Shown in pieces: positions 12,631-25,906 of a stretch of DNA of 64,000 nucleotides (position 1 is its first letter; each line of letters starts with the position of its first letter). Source of the DNA: Octopus vulgaris (lineage: Eukaryota); the NCBI GenBank assembly GCA_951406725.2, contig OX597815.1, positions 163,060,001 through 163,124,000 on the forward strand, in the 5' to 3' direction. A program made the translations under genes and the position numbers. Under the pieces are notes generated by a model, which made no database searches, was not told the origin of the DNA, and saw nothing but the letters and a program-made list of their open reading frames with translations.

Positions 12631-13037
12631 GACAAGCTTCCACACAGTTTCCATTTACCAAATTTACTCAGAAGGCATTGGTCAGTCCAGGGTTATACTT
12701 GAAGACATTTGCTCAAGGTGGCACTCAGTGGGACTGTACCTGCAACCACATGGTTGCAAAGCAAGCTTCTTAATCACACAGTTGTATCTGTGCCTATATG
12801 CACAACAATACCTGCATGGAAACAACTCTAGGGTTATATATTCTATATGCCAACCAACTTAAAATCTTATATATTATTTAGTCATTCTCCCATGATTAAT
12901 TACATCATCACCTACAGTAGAATCTATTGTTTGCTGATGAGTTTACAATAAGACTGAAAGAAGATTGTAGTTATCTCCAATATTTACCAAATTAATTAAA
13001 ATATGAGTGAGTAGCTAATATATTTTCCTCACTGAAT

Positions 13038-13259
13038 ACTCTCTTTACTCTCTCTTTTACTTGTTTCAGTCATTTGACTGTGGCCATGCTGGAGCACCAC
13101 CTTTTGTCGAGCAAATTAAACCCAGGATGCCTAGTACTTATTCTATCGGTCTCTTTTGCTCAACCGCTAAGTTACGGGGACAGAAACACACCAACATCAG
13201 TTGTCAAGAGATGTTGGGGGGACAAACACAGACACACAAACATATATAATATATATATG

Positions 13260-13323
<64 letters not shown>

Positions 13324-13728
13324 TAAAATAACTAAGTCTCTCTAAAAGAGAACAGCGGCAGCGTTCCCGGAAAATAATAGCTATCGCCATACTAATATGG
13401 CATTCTTATAAAAATAAGAAAAAAGCTGTCCGCTTATTAGCTCCATGAGGCCATCGCCTTAAGTTAGCTATTTGATACACAAACTGTATCCATATAACCT
13501 TCGATGCATATATATATACGACGGGCCTCTTTCAGTTTCCCTCTACCAAGTTCACTCACAAGGCTTTCTTTGGTTGGCCCGAGGCTATAGTAGAAGCCAC
13601 ATGCCCAAGGTGCCACGCAGTGGGACTGAACCCAGAACCATGTGGTTCGTAAGCAAGCTACTTACCACACAGTCACTCCTACGCCTATAAGCCACTCCTT
13701 CGCCTATAGCCACTCCTATGCCTATAAT
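13038..13728 (-). mobile_element. SINE family A, with a ~190-bp foreign insert in its internal (TA)n and a reiterated head
   Basis: Reverse complement of family A; unrelated sequence at 13316-13506 within the microsatellite. Confidence 0.85.
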
Positions 13729-14629
13729 AAACAATATCAGAGGAATAATAATTTCTAGTTAGCATTTTAATGCTATGAGCATCAAATATGTTTATACTAA
13801 CTTGGCTTTTTTTATATGTTGATGGCATCCTTGAATTAAAATAAAAGGTAAAGTTACATTCTCAAGTCATACCGACTCACAAGGGCCAGTTTCCTGGCTT
13901 CATCATGTACATATATTCTCCACTTGGACAGAACACTGGTTCATCACAGAATTACTTATTTTTGCCAGGTAAGTGGACTGGATCAACATGAAAGGAAGTG
14001 TTTTGCCCAAGAACACAACATGTCACCCAGTCCAGGAACTGAAACCATAAACTTACGGTCATGAGTCCAGCACCCTAACCACTAAGCCATGCATCTCCAC
14101 TCTTGAATCAGTTTAAAAGTTTTCTTTAGGAAGTCTTTCAACTTCTGCATTGAATACAAAAGAAAAGCAAATACATTTATTTCAGTCTCATAAAATTGGT
14201 TACAATCTCAACAGTTTTCCAATAATGATAACATTATATCATTATAATGCAACTTTGATTTATGTCTGATCTGATCACTATTACACTGTCGTTAGAGATA
14301 GCAAGGCTTCGAAATTTTATTTTGTAGTGAGTATGTGATAAAATAATTCCTTCTACTATAAGTACAAGGCTTGAATTTTGTTGGGAATGGGGCTAGTTGA
14401 ATATATTTGACCCCAGTGTTTATTTTATCAACCTCAAAATGATGAATGGTAAAGTTGACCTTGGTGAAAGTTGAATTCAGAACGTAAAGATAAATGAAAT
14501 GCCACTAAGCATTTATTAGTCTGGCGTACTAATATTCCTGCCAGCTCACTGCCTTAAACCCTTTCTGATATCGGTACAAGGTCTGAAATCTTGGAGTAGG
14601 AGGTTAGTCAATTACATCAATTGCAGTAC

Positions 14630-15157
14630 GGAATTCTACTTTATGCACTTTCTACTGTTTGGTATTTTCAGAAAATTTTCGTGAATTTGTATTCTGCACA
14701 TGGGAATTCATATGATTATGCAAAACCAAAATAAAAAAGAATTTTGCTGCATGATTTAAGGGCTATTTAGCTGTTATTTTTAGCACATCTCATGACCATC
14801 TTATACCTTCCTCATTTCTTTTGTCAGTCTGACGTATTGATGCTTTTCAATATCTTTCTCCCCATAAACACATTTAATGGACTATTTGCTGGGATTTAAG
14901 CCAAAAATTTGCACTGTCCATATTTTAAACTGGGATTTAAAAAAAAAATTTTTTTAATTTCAAAAAATTTTAAAAAATTTATTTTCATAGTCTTGTGAAT
15001 TCCTTTGTGGAGAATACAAGTTCACAAAATTTTTCTGAAAATTCCAAAATGTGAAAAAAAGTTACGAGGGGTTATATGCTGTGTAGAAAATTCCAAAATG
15101 GGGAAAAAAAGTTATGAGGGGTTATATGCTGTGTAGAAAGCAGAATCCTGCCAGTTC
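14630..15157. mobile_element. Foldback element with a ~49-bp tandem duplication in its right arm
   Basis: 14655-14710 is the imperfect reverse complement of 14995-15050; GAAAATTCCAAAATG...TATATGCTGTGTA is duplicated at ~15037-15135; interrupts a B2 SINE. Confidence 0.65.
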
Positions 15158-15453
15158 CAGTACCACCCCTAAAAGGATGAAAAGCAAAAGTTGATCTTGA
15201 TCAGATTTGCAAATGTGTGATGTAATACTGTAGGTCATTTCTTATAGTTATTAGTGATCTTTTGTTCAGATACTGTTTATTGATGTTATTTAACCCTGTG
15301 TCAGCTTTGATCCTGTTAACCACTGATGGAAGCCATTCCAGGCTTTAACACTTGGTCTTTTTAAGAATATCTAGGACTACATTATTTAAATTATCCTTCC
15401 TGTTTATACAACATGGTAGCATTTAAGTGAAGAGAGACATGTCTGCTAGTTCT

Positions 15454-15686
15454 TATTTCTTTACTGCCCACAAGGGGCTACACACAGAAGGGACAAACAA
15501 GGACAGACAAACGGATTAAGTTGATTATATCGACCCCAGTGCGTAACTGGTACTTATTTAATTGACCCTAAAAGGATGAAAGGCAAAGTTGACCTCGGCG
15601 GAATTTGAACTCAGAATGTAGTGGCAGACAAAATACCACTAAGCATTTCGCCTGGCGTGCTAACGTTTCTGCCAGCTCGCCTCCCT
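15454..15686 (-). mobile_element. SINE B1
   Basis: 12-bp TSD TCTGCTAGTTCT at 15442-15453 and 15687-15698. Confidence 0.92.
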
Positions 15687-16812
15687 TCTGCTAGTTCTAA
15701 CTGTTGAATGAATTAAGGCCCTCATGTCTCCCTTGAATGATGTGTTCAAGGTCTTTAGTCATGGAGGATGTGCATGCATATTTAAAGATTTTTAGAGTGT
15801 ATATGGATGAATTCTTGTGGTGTATGTTTATATATTTCAAAGAACAACTCTGGCAGCAGCATTTGAAAAATGTCCATGTAATATGAACAAAAGAAATTGC
15901 TGATTTATTGTCATAAAGTTTCAATTTTAATGGGGATGATAACGAGGTTATTTCATGCTAATGTCTTATTCTACCTAATTTCTATATTTTTCAACATTTG
16001 TTGACTGCAGTAAATTGAAATATTGAGCCAAACATTATGTATAAATGACCCTTTTTTTTTTGCGAAAATTTGTGTAAACTTTACAATGATTCTATTTGAA
16101 ATGGAATATATTTCATTTTGCTAGAATAAAGTGCAACAATTACTAGAAAATTGGTGAGTTCTTGTTACCAATTTTCTCAGACCTAAATGAGTTTTATTTG
16201 TCTTTCTCTTCATTCCATTGCTGAATTTGAATGTCTTCCTATAGGAAAATGTTACATTATTAGTATGCCATTGTTACACATTTACCAAAATATAATTTGC
16301 TGCATCATTGAAATTCTTCCTTTAATTGAATCAATAACACTAAGTTTAATTTTTTTTTTCTCTTTTTGTTAGTCAATATATTCAATGCATTAACAAAATA
16401 TGCTGTGTTGTGTGGGCTCGGTTCACCTGAAGTCATAAAATGATTTCAGTTAACAAGGTAGTCTGATTCGACTGAGTTGGTTTAAGTGCCAAAATATACT
16501 TAAAATTCAATGCAGTTCAGTTTTATCATTACTGTGTACCATTGCATAGACATACATACAACAAATGTAAATTGCATTCCGAACTAGAGTAAAACAAAAA
16601 AAAAAAAAAAAAACTAAGACAGAAAAAAAAGACAAAATCAAATCAATCAAAAGAGAAATGATAAATCAATATCAATAATAACTGAATATGAGTTAATGAA
16701 AACAATAAACAGTAGCCAATTAAACAGATACAATCAGAATAAAAATGTGTTATATTAATATATATCCCTCATGCATACACACACACACACTCACATACAC
16801 ACACACATGCAT

Positions 16813-16848
<36 letters not shown>

Positions 16849-17036
16849 GCAGATTTGCAGCAAAAAAAATTGTTCCATCTCTACAAATGTTCTGAGGCTA
16901 GAAGAAGTGCATTCATTTTCTAAACCTACTTTTGTGACCCAAATTTATTTGCAAAGCCTCTTCAGTTGCTGCAAGCTAAACAACTTGTAAGTTAGGGATG
17001 GTAGTTCCACATATTGCTCTTATGTTCTGTCATTGG

Positions 17037-17451
17037 CTCTCTTTTACTCTTTTACTTGTTTCAGTCATTTGACTGTGACCATGCCGGAGCACCGCCTTAC
17101 GTCGAGCAAATCGACCCCAGGACTTACTATTTGGAAGCCTAGTACTTATTCTATCGGTCTCTTTTGCCGAACCGCTTAGTTATGGGGACGTAAACACACC
17201 CCCATCGGTTGTCAAGTGATGTTGGGGGAACAAACACGGACACACAAACACATACACACACATACATATATATATATATATACATATATATGACTGGCTT
17301 CTTTCAGTTTCCATCTACCAAATCCACTCACAAGGCTTTGGTTGGTCGAGGCTATAGTAGAAGACACTTGCCCAAGGTGCCATGCAGTGGGAATGAACCT
17401 GGAACCATGTGGTTTGTAAGCAAGCTACTTACCACACATCCACTCCTACGC
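17037..17451 (-). mobile_element. SINE family A full copy
   Basis: Reverse complement of the copy at 2974-3391. Confidence 0.9.
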
Positions 17452-17722
17452 ATATTAAATATATTCTGTTAAATATTTTCTATTAGTGTTATTGAAATGC
17501 CAATAATGGTTTGTGCGTCTTTCCCTGCCTATTCTTTTATCGTTTCCTAGTTCCAGTCACTGGATTGCAGCCATGCTGGGGCACCAACCACTTTGGTGGG
17601 TTTTAGTTAAACAGATTGACTCCAGTACTTATCTCTAAGTCTGCTACTTATTGTGTTGGTCTCTTTCAGCAAACCACTAAGTTTCAGGGATATAAACAAA
17701 CCAGCACCAGTTGTCAAGCTAC

Positions 17723-17919
17723 TAGGGGGTTCTGAAAAGTTCCTGGCTGTAAGAGTATTGCAAACGGCATGGTTGGAGGCCCAACATTCTGAGTTCTTTT
17801 ACAGGGCTCAGAAAAGTATATGAATCTGAGAGGGCAATATGTTGCATAAAATCATAATTAATTGATCCTCCTGTATTTTCTTTTACCCAAAGCCAGGAGC
17901 TTTTCAGCATTCCATTGTA
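17723..17919. mobile_element. ~210-bp mariner-derived MITE
   Basis: TIR GGGGTGCTGAAAAGTTCCTGGCTTT type; one of four copies. Confidence 0.8.
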
Positions 17920-17981
17920 CTGGGTGTGAGATACAAATGTAGGCATCAAGACACATGCACACACACACACACACACACACA

Positions 17982-18018
<37 letters not shown>

Positions 18019-18327
18019 TGTAATGTCACTGATAGAGACTGGCGAGCTGTTGGAATGAAATACACATTTCCTTCATTTAAAACACGCATTGGGTGCAGAC
18101 ATAGCTGTGTGGTTAAGAAGCTTGCATTGAAAGTCTGTGGTTTCAGGTTCAGTCTTACAGCTCAGCTTTTGGCCAAGTTTCTTCTGCTATAACCTCAGGC
18201 CCACCAATGTCTTGTGAGTAGTAAATATGATGAAGTGGAGCTTATATATGTGTGTGTGTGTGTTTGTATTTGTATATATGTATGTATGTATATATATATA
18301 TATATGTATGTATGTGTATATATATAT

Positions 18328-18632
18328 CACGTAATCACATGACCAACCAGACCATCAGATGTTGCTACACATCGCTGGTCACAATGCGCTTTGCATTGTT
18401 TTAGCCTTCGAATGATGCCACCCCGCTGGCTAAGTGAGCAGGCCAACAGAAGAAAGAGTGGAGAAAGAGTGGTGAAAGAGTACAGCAGGGATCACCACCC
18501 CCTGCCGGAGCCTCGTGGAGCTTTTAGGTGTTTCGCTCAATAAACACTCACAACACCCAGTCTGGGAATCGAAACCGCGATCCTACGACCACGAGTCCGC
18601 TGCCCTAACCACTGGGCCATTGCGCCTCCACT
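18328..18632 (-). mobile_element. SINE family H (tRNA-Arg-like head)
   Basis: Minus strand GGAGGCGCAATGGCCCAGTGGTTAGGGCAGCGGACTCGTGGTCGTAGGATCGCGGTTTCGATTCCC: A box, B box and a TCG anticodon-like loop; short CACGTGAT-like tail repeats. Confidence 0.8.
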
Positions 18633-18660
18633 CATGTGTATATATATATATATATATATA

Positions 18661-18701
<41 letters not shown>

Positions 18702-18715
18702 ATATATATATATAA

Positions 18716-18765
<50 letters not shown>

Positions 18766-18767
<2 letters not shown>

Positions 18768-18980
18768 GAGGTGCTGAAAAGTTCCTGGCTTTGGCTAAAA
18801 AGCAATACAGGAGAATCATCTAATTATGATTCTATTGAGAATATTCCCTTCACAGATTCACACACTTAATGCAGCAATCCTTCCATTGTTCTAAACCCTG
18901 TAAAAGAACTCAGAAGGTTAGGTCCCTAACCAGGCCATTTGTGATACCCTTAATGCCAGGAGCTTTTCAGAACCCTCTTG
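18766..18980. mobile_element. ~210-bp mariner-derived MITE
   Basis: Same TIRs; opposite orientation to the copy at 17723. Confidence 0.8.
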
Positions 18981-19103
18981 GGTATATATGTTATATATAT
19001 ATAAAACTATTTGGTCTTTGGCTATATGCCTATTAGTAGGTTGATTAAAGCACATTCATCATTTGGGCTATCTGATGTCATCCACAGTAACAATATAATT
19101 TAC

Positions 19104-19470
19104 ACTGGGTTCTCTGTCAGGAAATCCACAGTGTTTGTTGAGTGGGGACGCTGGCAACGGGTAGTGTCAGAGCTATGCCGTTGGGAACTTCGATTCTTGG
19201 TAGGGTTACCCAAGGCGGATTGGTCTGACACCGAGTGGTATTAGGGCCACAACCCGGTAGACGGGGCTCTGGTGAAAATCCTCGGAGTGTCTGTTTCAGC
19301 AACCATCGGCTCCTCGGTCGTTCTGTCCCTGCGTCTGCGGCAAACAGGATGTCTCTACATGCGGGATTGTTGGGGGCCGCTTGTGAAATCCACATATTCC
19401 CACGAAACTTCTTCCAAGGAAGAAGCCGACTCAACCCGCCCAGGGTGAATGTCGCCACAAGTACAAGTAA
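19104..19470 (+). mobile_element. GC-rich fragment resembling an RTE retrotransposon 5' UTR
   Basis: GAGCTATGCCG...GTAGGGTTACCCAAGGCGGA resembles the GAGCYATG...GTAGGGYCACCCA motif recalled from RTE (BovB/Expander) 5' UTRs; ends at the MITE at 19480. Confidence 0.55.
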
Positions 19471-19479
19471 GCTATAGTT

Positions 19480-19816
19480 TATAGTTGATAACAGGAAATG
19501 AAAGATGGATTTGTACAAATTTTTATTCAGAATGACAATTGTTTTGACCCATCCTGCAACAGTGCCATAGGGTATAATATTAGGCATCTTATTGCATTGC
19601 ATCAATCGGTGCAGGCTGTGTCATTTCAGGTACTTAGTGTAGAAAAATATCCCACTGGATATACTGATATCTCAGTGACACACCCTGCACTGATTGATGC
19701 TACACAACCAGATGCACAATATCTTACCACTATGAGACAGATGTAGGATGGCTCAATCATTGTGCTGAATAAAGATTTGTACTAAATCCATCTTCCATTT
19801 CCTGTTATCAACTATA
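19480..19816. mobile_element. MITE with ~75-bp TIRs
   Basis: TATAGTTGATAACAGGAAATGAAAGATGGATTT... (19480-19558) is mirrored by ...AAATCCATCTTCCATTTCCTGTTATCAACTATA (19743-19816). Confidence 0.85.
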
Positions 19817-19827
19817 TATATAAATAG

Positions 19828-20248
19828 ATGCAGGAGTGGCTGGGTAGTAAGTAGCGTGCTTACCAGCCACATGGTTCCTGGTTCTTTCCCACTGTGTGGC
19901 ACCTTGGGCAAGTGTCTTCTACTAAACCCTCAGGCCGACCAAACCCTTGTGGGTAGATTTGGTAGAGAGAAACCGAAAGAAGCCTGTCATATATATGTAT
20001 TCATATATATATGTATATATATATATGTGTGTGTATATATTTGTGTGTCTGTGTTTGTCCCACCAACATCGCATGAAAACTGATGGTGGTGTGTTTGCAT
20101 CCTTGTAACTTAGCAGTTTGGCAAAAGAGACCAATAGAGTAAGTACTAGGCTTACAAAGAGTAAGTCCTGGGGTCAATTTGCTTGACTAAAGGTAGTGCT
20201 CCAGCATGGCCGCAGCCAAATGACTGAAACAAGTAAAAGATAAAAGAG
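19828..20248 (+). mobile_element. SINE family A full copy
   Basis: Same head, body and tail as 2974-3391. Confidence 0.9.
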
Positions 20249-20369
20249 AAATATATGCCAAATCAAGATTGGAGCCTGGTGCAGCCATCTGGTTCGCCAG
20301 CCCTCAGTCAAAATCATCCAACCCATGCTAGCTTGGAAAGTGGACGTTAAACGATGATGATGGTGATGA

Positions 20370-20413
<44 letters not shown>

Positions 20414-20817
20414 CAGGGATGTGCAGCCTAGGTAGGCAAGGTAGGCAGTGCCTACTCTGAATAAAATAGATCAATAGCAACATTTTCCTTTTATGGCAAA
20501 AACTGTACCTAATTCAATAAAATTATGAAGGGTATCCTGATTACTATGCATAAAAAGCAAAGTATTCTATTTTTTGTAGATTAGGTAGGCATAATTTGCC
20601 CCTGCCTTTCAATCTCAGCATTAAAGCTACGCATAGTACTGCTGTAGTATATGTGCTGCGTACATTCCTGCAACATTTTCTTTACATACTATAAAGGCAG
20701 AAGTAAATCAGCCTCCAGCTCAGTCACGCACCTCTGTTTCGCTTATTTTTTTGTGTGTTTTGCTACATAAATGTTACCAACTACCTACCCTGAGTAATTA
20801 TTGACGGCACATGCCTG
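20414..20817. mobile_element. hAT-like non-autonomous element
   Basis: 11-bp TIRs CAGGGATGTGC / GCACATGCCTG (1 mismatch), subterminal TAGGTAGGC repeats, inserted in a (TA/TG)n tract. Confidence 0.6.
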
Positions 20818-20893
20818 ATATATACATATGTGTGTGTGTGTGTGTGTCTTTGCATTTGTGTTTGTCCCTCACTACCACTTGACAACTAGTGTT

Positions 20894-21117
20894 ATTTCTT
20901 TACTACCCACAAGGGGCTACACACAGAGGGGACAAACAAGGACGGATTAAGTTGATTATATCAACCCCAATGCGTAACTGGTACTTATTTAATCGACCCC
21001 GAAAGGATGAAAGGCAAAGTCGTCCTTAGCGGAATTTAAACTCAGAACATAGCGGCAGACGAAATACCGCTAAGCATTTCGCCCGGGGTGCTAACATTTC
21101 TGCTAGCTTGCCATCTT
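20894..21117 (-). mobile_element. SINE B1 nested in a family A 3' half
   Basis: 17-bp TSD ACTTGACAACTAGTGTT at 20877-20893 and 21118-21134. Confidence 0.92.
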
Positions 21118-24100
21118 ACTTGACAACTAGTGTTGGTTTGTTTATGTTCCCATAACCTAGTAGTTTTGCAAAAATGGCTGATAGAATAAGTACCAATTTT
21201 TTTTTTTCTTAAAAAGTACCCTAGGGTTAATTTGTTTAACTAAATCCTCCAAGTTGGTGCCTCAGTGACTAAGACAAGTAGGAGAGCAATGATAAAAGAT
21301 ATGGTGATAGCCTAACATTTGTTTGTTACTGTGACAGTATTGTATACTGCATAGTATCACAAGATTTTGTCGTTCATCCACCACTTGGAGACTGACACTA
21401 CTTCACTGTATTGTCATGATCTAACGAAATAAATCAAAATACTAACAATAGAAGAAGAGTCAACATAATGATTAAACAACAAATTTAGAGCTAAATTCAG
21501 GACATAGAAAATACAAACCATAATTGGCTATATTTATTACTCACATTTAGAAATACTTGTTCTAAGTGATGAATTGATTCCAATAGCAATTTGAATTTTA
21601 AATTTAGATGTTTGAATGTCTCTGATGCTTTTATCAAGTGATTTTCTTAGACTGGTGTATGGAATTGATGCTTACATTCAATAGATATTTGGCATCTTCA
21701 GATCTCTTGTCTGTCTTCATCAAAAGAAGATGACAAATTACAACATTTTATGAAGTATTGGTGTAAGTAAACATGGCTGTGAGGTTAAGAAGCTTATTTT
21801 GCTACTATGTGGTTTTGGGTTCAATCCCACTGCACCTGAAAGACTAATGCCTTGTGAATGAATTTTATTGACCGAAACTGTGTGGAAGCCTTGTGAATGA
21901 ATTTTATTGACCGAAACTGTATGTGTGTGTATGTGAGTCTCTTTGTTTGTGCTTGACTTCAAGTGTTGGTTTGTTTACACCCCCATGACTTAGCAGCTCG
22001 TCAAAAATGCCTGATGGAATATATGTCAGACTTTGAAAAGATAAGTTCTGGTGTCAATTTGTTCGACTAAACCCTTCAAGCATGGCTGCAGTCCAATGAA
22101 TGAAACCAGTAAAAGGTATAGTGGTACATCTTAGTTACTCCTGCAAAACAGAAAGTGCTGGTGAGAGTGGATAAGTTATCACAAAATGGTGTGAAGCAAA
22201 ATGAGAGGAATAAGTTATCACCAGATGGTATTGAGCAAAACAAGTAGATAATTCATCACAGGATAATTAAAGGATAAGTGTAAAGGTTAAAGACCTCCTC
22301 TGATCATGAATGACCATGATGACCATGGGATTGCACCTAGAAAGTTACTCTCCGAGGCACAAGTCCAGGCAAGGTTGTTTGTGGAAGACCAGCATTCACC
22401 CATGCATACCAGACTCTCCTCTCCATGCCACTGATGTTATCCAAGGGAAAGGTAAAAGCTGATACAGTTTGGCACCTGTGACATCACAACTCATTTCTAC
22501 AGCTGAGTGAACTGGAGTAGCATGAAAATAAAGTGTTTTGCTCATGAACACAACACACGCCTGGTCCAGGAATCGAACTCACTACCTCCTCATTGTGTGC
22601 CTGATGCTCTTGTCACTGAGCTATATGCCTTTGCAAGATAAGTATTGCAGGTTAAATATCACAAGAGAGATTAAAATATTATAAGCAACATTTTTGATGA
22701 TGTAAATGATGCTGAAATTGTTCCTAGAAATTTTGACCCATCACATGAATTTTTTTTTTCTATTTTACTTCATAGTTTGTTATCAAACATTGAATCAAGT
22801 TGTTTCTATAAGATTTCTGCCATTTAACCAACTGATTGTTTTTAATTAGCTTCCTTCTCCATCTCACTCAGTATCAGGATTTCTTTAGCATTCCAGCATA
22901 AAAAAGCATATAAAGCAGTCACAGGCAAACTGAGGCCTGCAGGATTTTTTGAATGGCACACCCAATGAAAATATTACCGTGAATTGTTTTTTTAGTAATG
23001 TAGCCTGCTTGATAATGAGTCAATTCTTATGTGACTTGCTTCTTGGAAAAGTTACCTAAGCCTGATGTAACTAATTAAAAGTGAGTTACAGAAGTTGGCA
23101 GGGTATATAGTTGATGCAGTGTCTCCTTTTCTGAGTATGCCATTGGTGCCACATTAAATCAGAACTAAAGATGTACAAGGCAGCAGCACCAGTGAGGTCA
23201 CCAAGTAACATGCAAGACAAACCTCTCCATCTGAGGGTGGGAGCAAGATTGATGGAAGTGACTTTGTGCCATGTGATGAGAAGTTAAAATATGATAGAGG
23301 GACAGAAATAGGTGTCTTGCTGTAGAATAGATACATGACTACCCAAGTTGCAAAAGAGAGAAAATGATTTAGAAATTTCTTCTACAAGCTTTCATTTACA
23401 TTTGAATATTGTGAGACACTTAAGAAAAATTGTTTACTAGAGCTTTCTATGATATGTGCTACTGCCTAGGCTCACTTTGGTAAACACATATTAAAATCAT
23501 GCAAGTATTATAATTATGTAAGATTTCAATTCAGAATTACATGTTGGTTGAATAAACATCACTTTTTGCCTAATAGAAAATGTTTCAAGTAATTTGGAGA
23601 TGACACACAGACAATGAGAAAGCAAAAATGATTTTTAAAAGAATTTTTTTTTTTTTACCTTGCAATCTACAAAAGATCCAGAATTAAATTCTACTGAAAA
23701 ATAAACTCAATGCAATCATAGTAGACTTCTGATACTGTACACATTATTTGACACTACCTCATTTTCTTTGGGGGCCTGACTAACTGCAACTTTAAGACTG
23801 ACCACAAATTAGTTCCTTATATATTTAGAAACTTGGTAACAGCCTGCCTTTTCAAGTGCAGTCAGTCAAAAACTCCACATACCAAATGCCAGAATGTTTT
23901 AGTGGGGTCATCAAGAGAGAATACACACTATTTCGGGACCTTCCTTTCAACTGCTTTACAGCACACAGGCCTCTCTCACAAATTTGAGGTCCCACCCACT
24001 GTTTTGATCTACTAGTATTCAGCCACAAGTCTATTTCAGGATCATCACAAGTAACCTTGGGATTGCACAAGATTTGTGGGCTTGCACTTGTGGAAGCCAG

Positions 24101-24961
24101 TGTTGTAGTAATAGTAGGAAAAGCAGAGAGTAGAAACATCACATCCATGAGTCAGAAAGTGTGTGTTGCTGAGTAATTTCATGCCTATTGGTTGGCTGGC
24201 ATCTCTATGGATGTCGTCTACTACTGCAACACAGTCCCGCATGTGGAATTATTAACTATCAACTACAAGGGAAAATTACAAGTATATGGTGTGTCATCAT
24301 CATTGTCATCAGCAGCAGCATTTTCCCCCTCTACCATTTAAACCAGCCATATCTGGCCAAAATATCCTGCCATGTTTTACATTCAAACTGGCTAGATCTG
24401 GCTTCACACATCAACCCTACAATCATCATCATCATCGTTTAACGTCCGTTTTCCATGCTAGCATGGGTTGGACAGTTCGGCTGGGGTCTGGGAAACCAGG
24501 AGGCTGCACCAGGCTCCAGTCTAGTCTGGCAGAGTTTCTACAGCTGGATGCCCTTCCTAGTGCCAACCACTCCGTGAGTGTAGTGGGTGCTATTTACGTG
24601 CCACCGGCACAGGGGCCAGACTAGGCTGGCAAATGGCCACGATCGGTTGGTGCTTTTTACGTGTCACCGACACGGATGCCAGTCAGACGGCACTGATCAT
24701 TCTTCAAAAGTTCCCTCATCAAAATCTCATAGCTACAATACAATGCCTGATTAATTGAAAACAATGTGAATAAAAAAAATGCATTATTATAATGTGACTC
24801 CTAAAGGGCTAAATGCACACTGTTCTATGCTTTATTGGAAATTAATGACATTCATTTATGACAGTCACTGATGTCAAAATAAAGGCACAAAAATAAACAT
24901 ACTCACACATACATACCTATGTACATGCCAACATACACGTGATGAGCTTCCTTCAGTTTCT

Positions 24962-25187
24962 TATTTCTTTACTGCCCACAAGAGGCTACACACAGAGAGG
25001 ACAAACAAGGACAGACAAAGAGATTAAGTCGATTACATCGACCCCAGTGCATAACTGGTACTTAATTTATTGACCCTGAAAGAATGAAAGGCAAAGTCGA
25101 TCTCGGCGGAATTTGAACTCAGAACGTAACGGCAGACGAAATACTGCTAAGCATTTTGCCCGGCGTGCTAACGTTTCTGCCAGCTCA
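24962..25187 (-). mobile_element. SINE B1 nested in a family A head
   Basis: 15-bp TSD CTTC(C/T)TTCAGTTTCT at 24947-24961 and 25188-25202. Confidence 0.9.
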
Positions 25188-25906
25188 CTTCTTTCAGTTT
25201 CTATCTACCAAACCTATTCACAAGGTTTTGGTTGGCCCTGGGCTTTATTGGAAAACACTTGCCCAAGGTGCTATATAATGGGACTGAAGCCAAAAACCAT
25301 GTGACTGGGAAGCAAACTTCTTAACCACACAGCCATAGCTGTGCCTGGTATATATACAGAACAATTAATAAACCAGGGAATGAACCTCTGTTGTAAATTT
25401 GATCTGTCAAGAGCTTCCCAGCACTATATAGCTGCAGTTGAGCATTGGGTGATTCTCGGATCAGGTTATGTGTTGTGTTCTTGAGCAAGACACTTTATTT
25501 CACATTGCTCCAGTCCACTCAGCTATTGAAATGAGTTGCAATGCCACTGATGCTGAGTTGTATCAGCCTTTGCCTTTCCTTTGGATTCCAGTGGTGGTGC
25601 AGAGAGAGGAAGCTGGTATGCATGGGCAACTGCTGGTCTTCTATAAACAACCTTGTCCGGACTTGTGCCTCGGGGGGAACTTTCTAGGTACAATCCCATG
25701 GTCATTCATGACCAAAAGGGGGTCTTCCCCCTTTATCCTATACATACTGAAATCCATTTCTCATTTGTCTCATAGTCTTTCATTTTGTCTTATTTGCCAT
25801 TTTCCCCTCAAATTTAATAAAACAGAAAATTAACTTAAAAACGAATTTAATTTAAAAGATTTTTTTCTTGCTAAATTCTTTTTCTATTTTTACATATTCC
25901 TAACAG

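Noticed and set aside
12934-12975. CTGATGA...GAAA hammerhead-like string
   Set aside because: Stem II is marginal, and no stem III, NUH site or stem I can be formed.
18560-18632. tRNA gene
   Set aside because: A and B boxes are present but there is no acceptor stem, and it continues into SINE body; the same applies to the other SINE heads.
19117-19605. 162-aa minus-strand ORF
   Set aside because: Spans a MITE arm and the antisense of a GC-rich UTR-like fragment; no domain recognised.
22915-23065. Possible hAT/Charlie-like MITE
   Set aside because: Termini are too degenerate to define TIRs or a TSD by eye.
23833-24242. Short ORFs in a unique-looking segment
   Set aside because: No recognisable domain or convincing splice-site pair; possibly an old TE relic.
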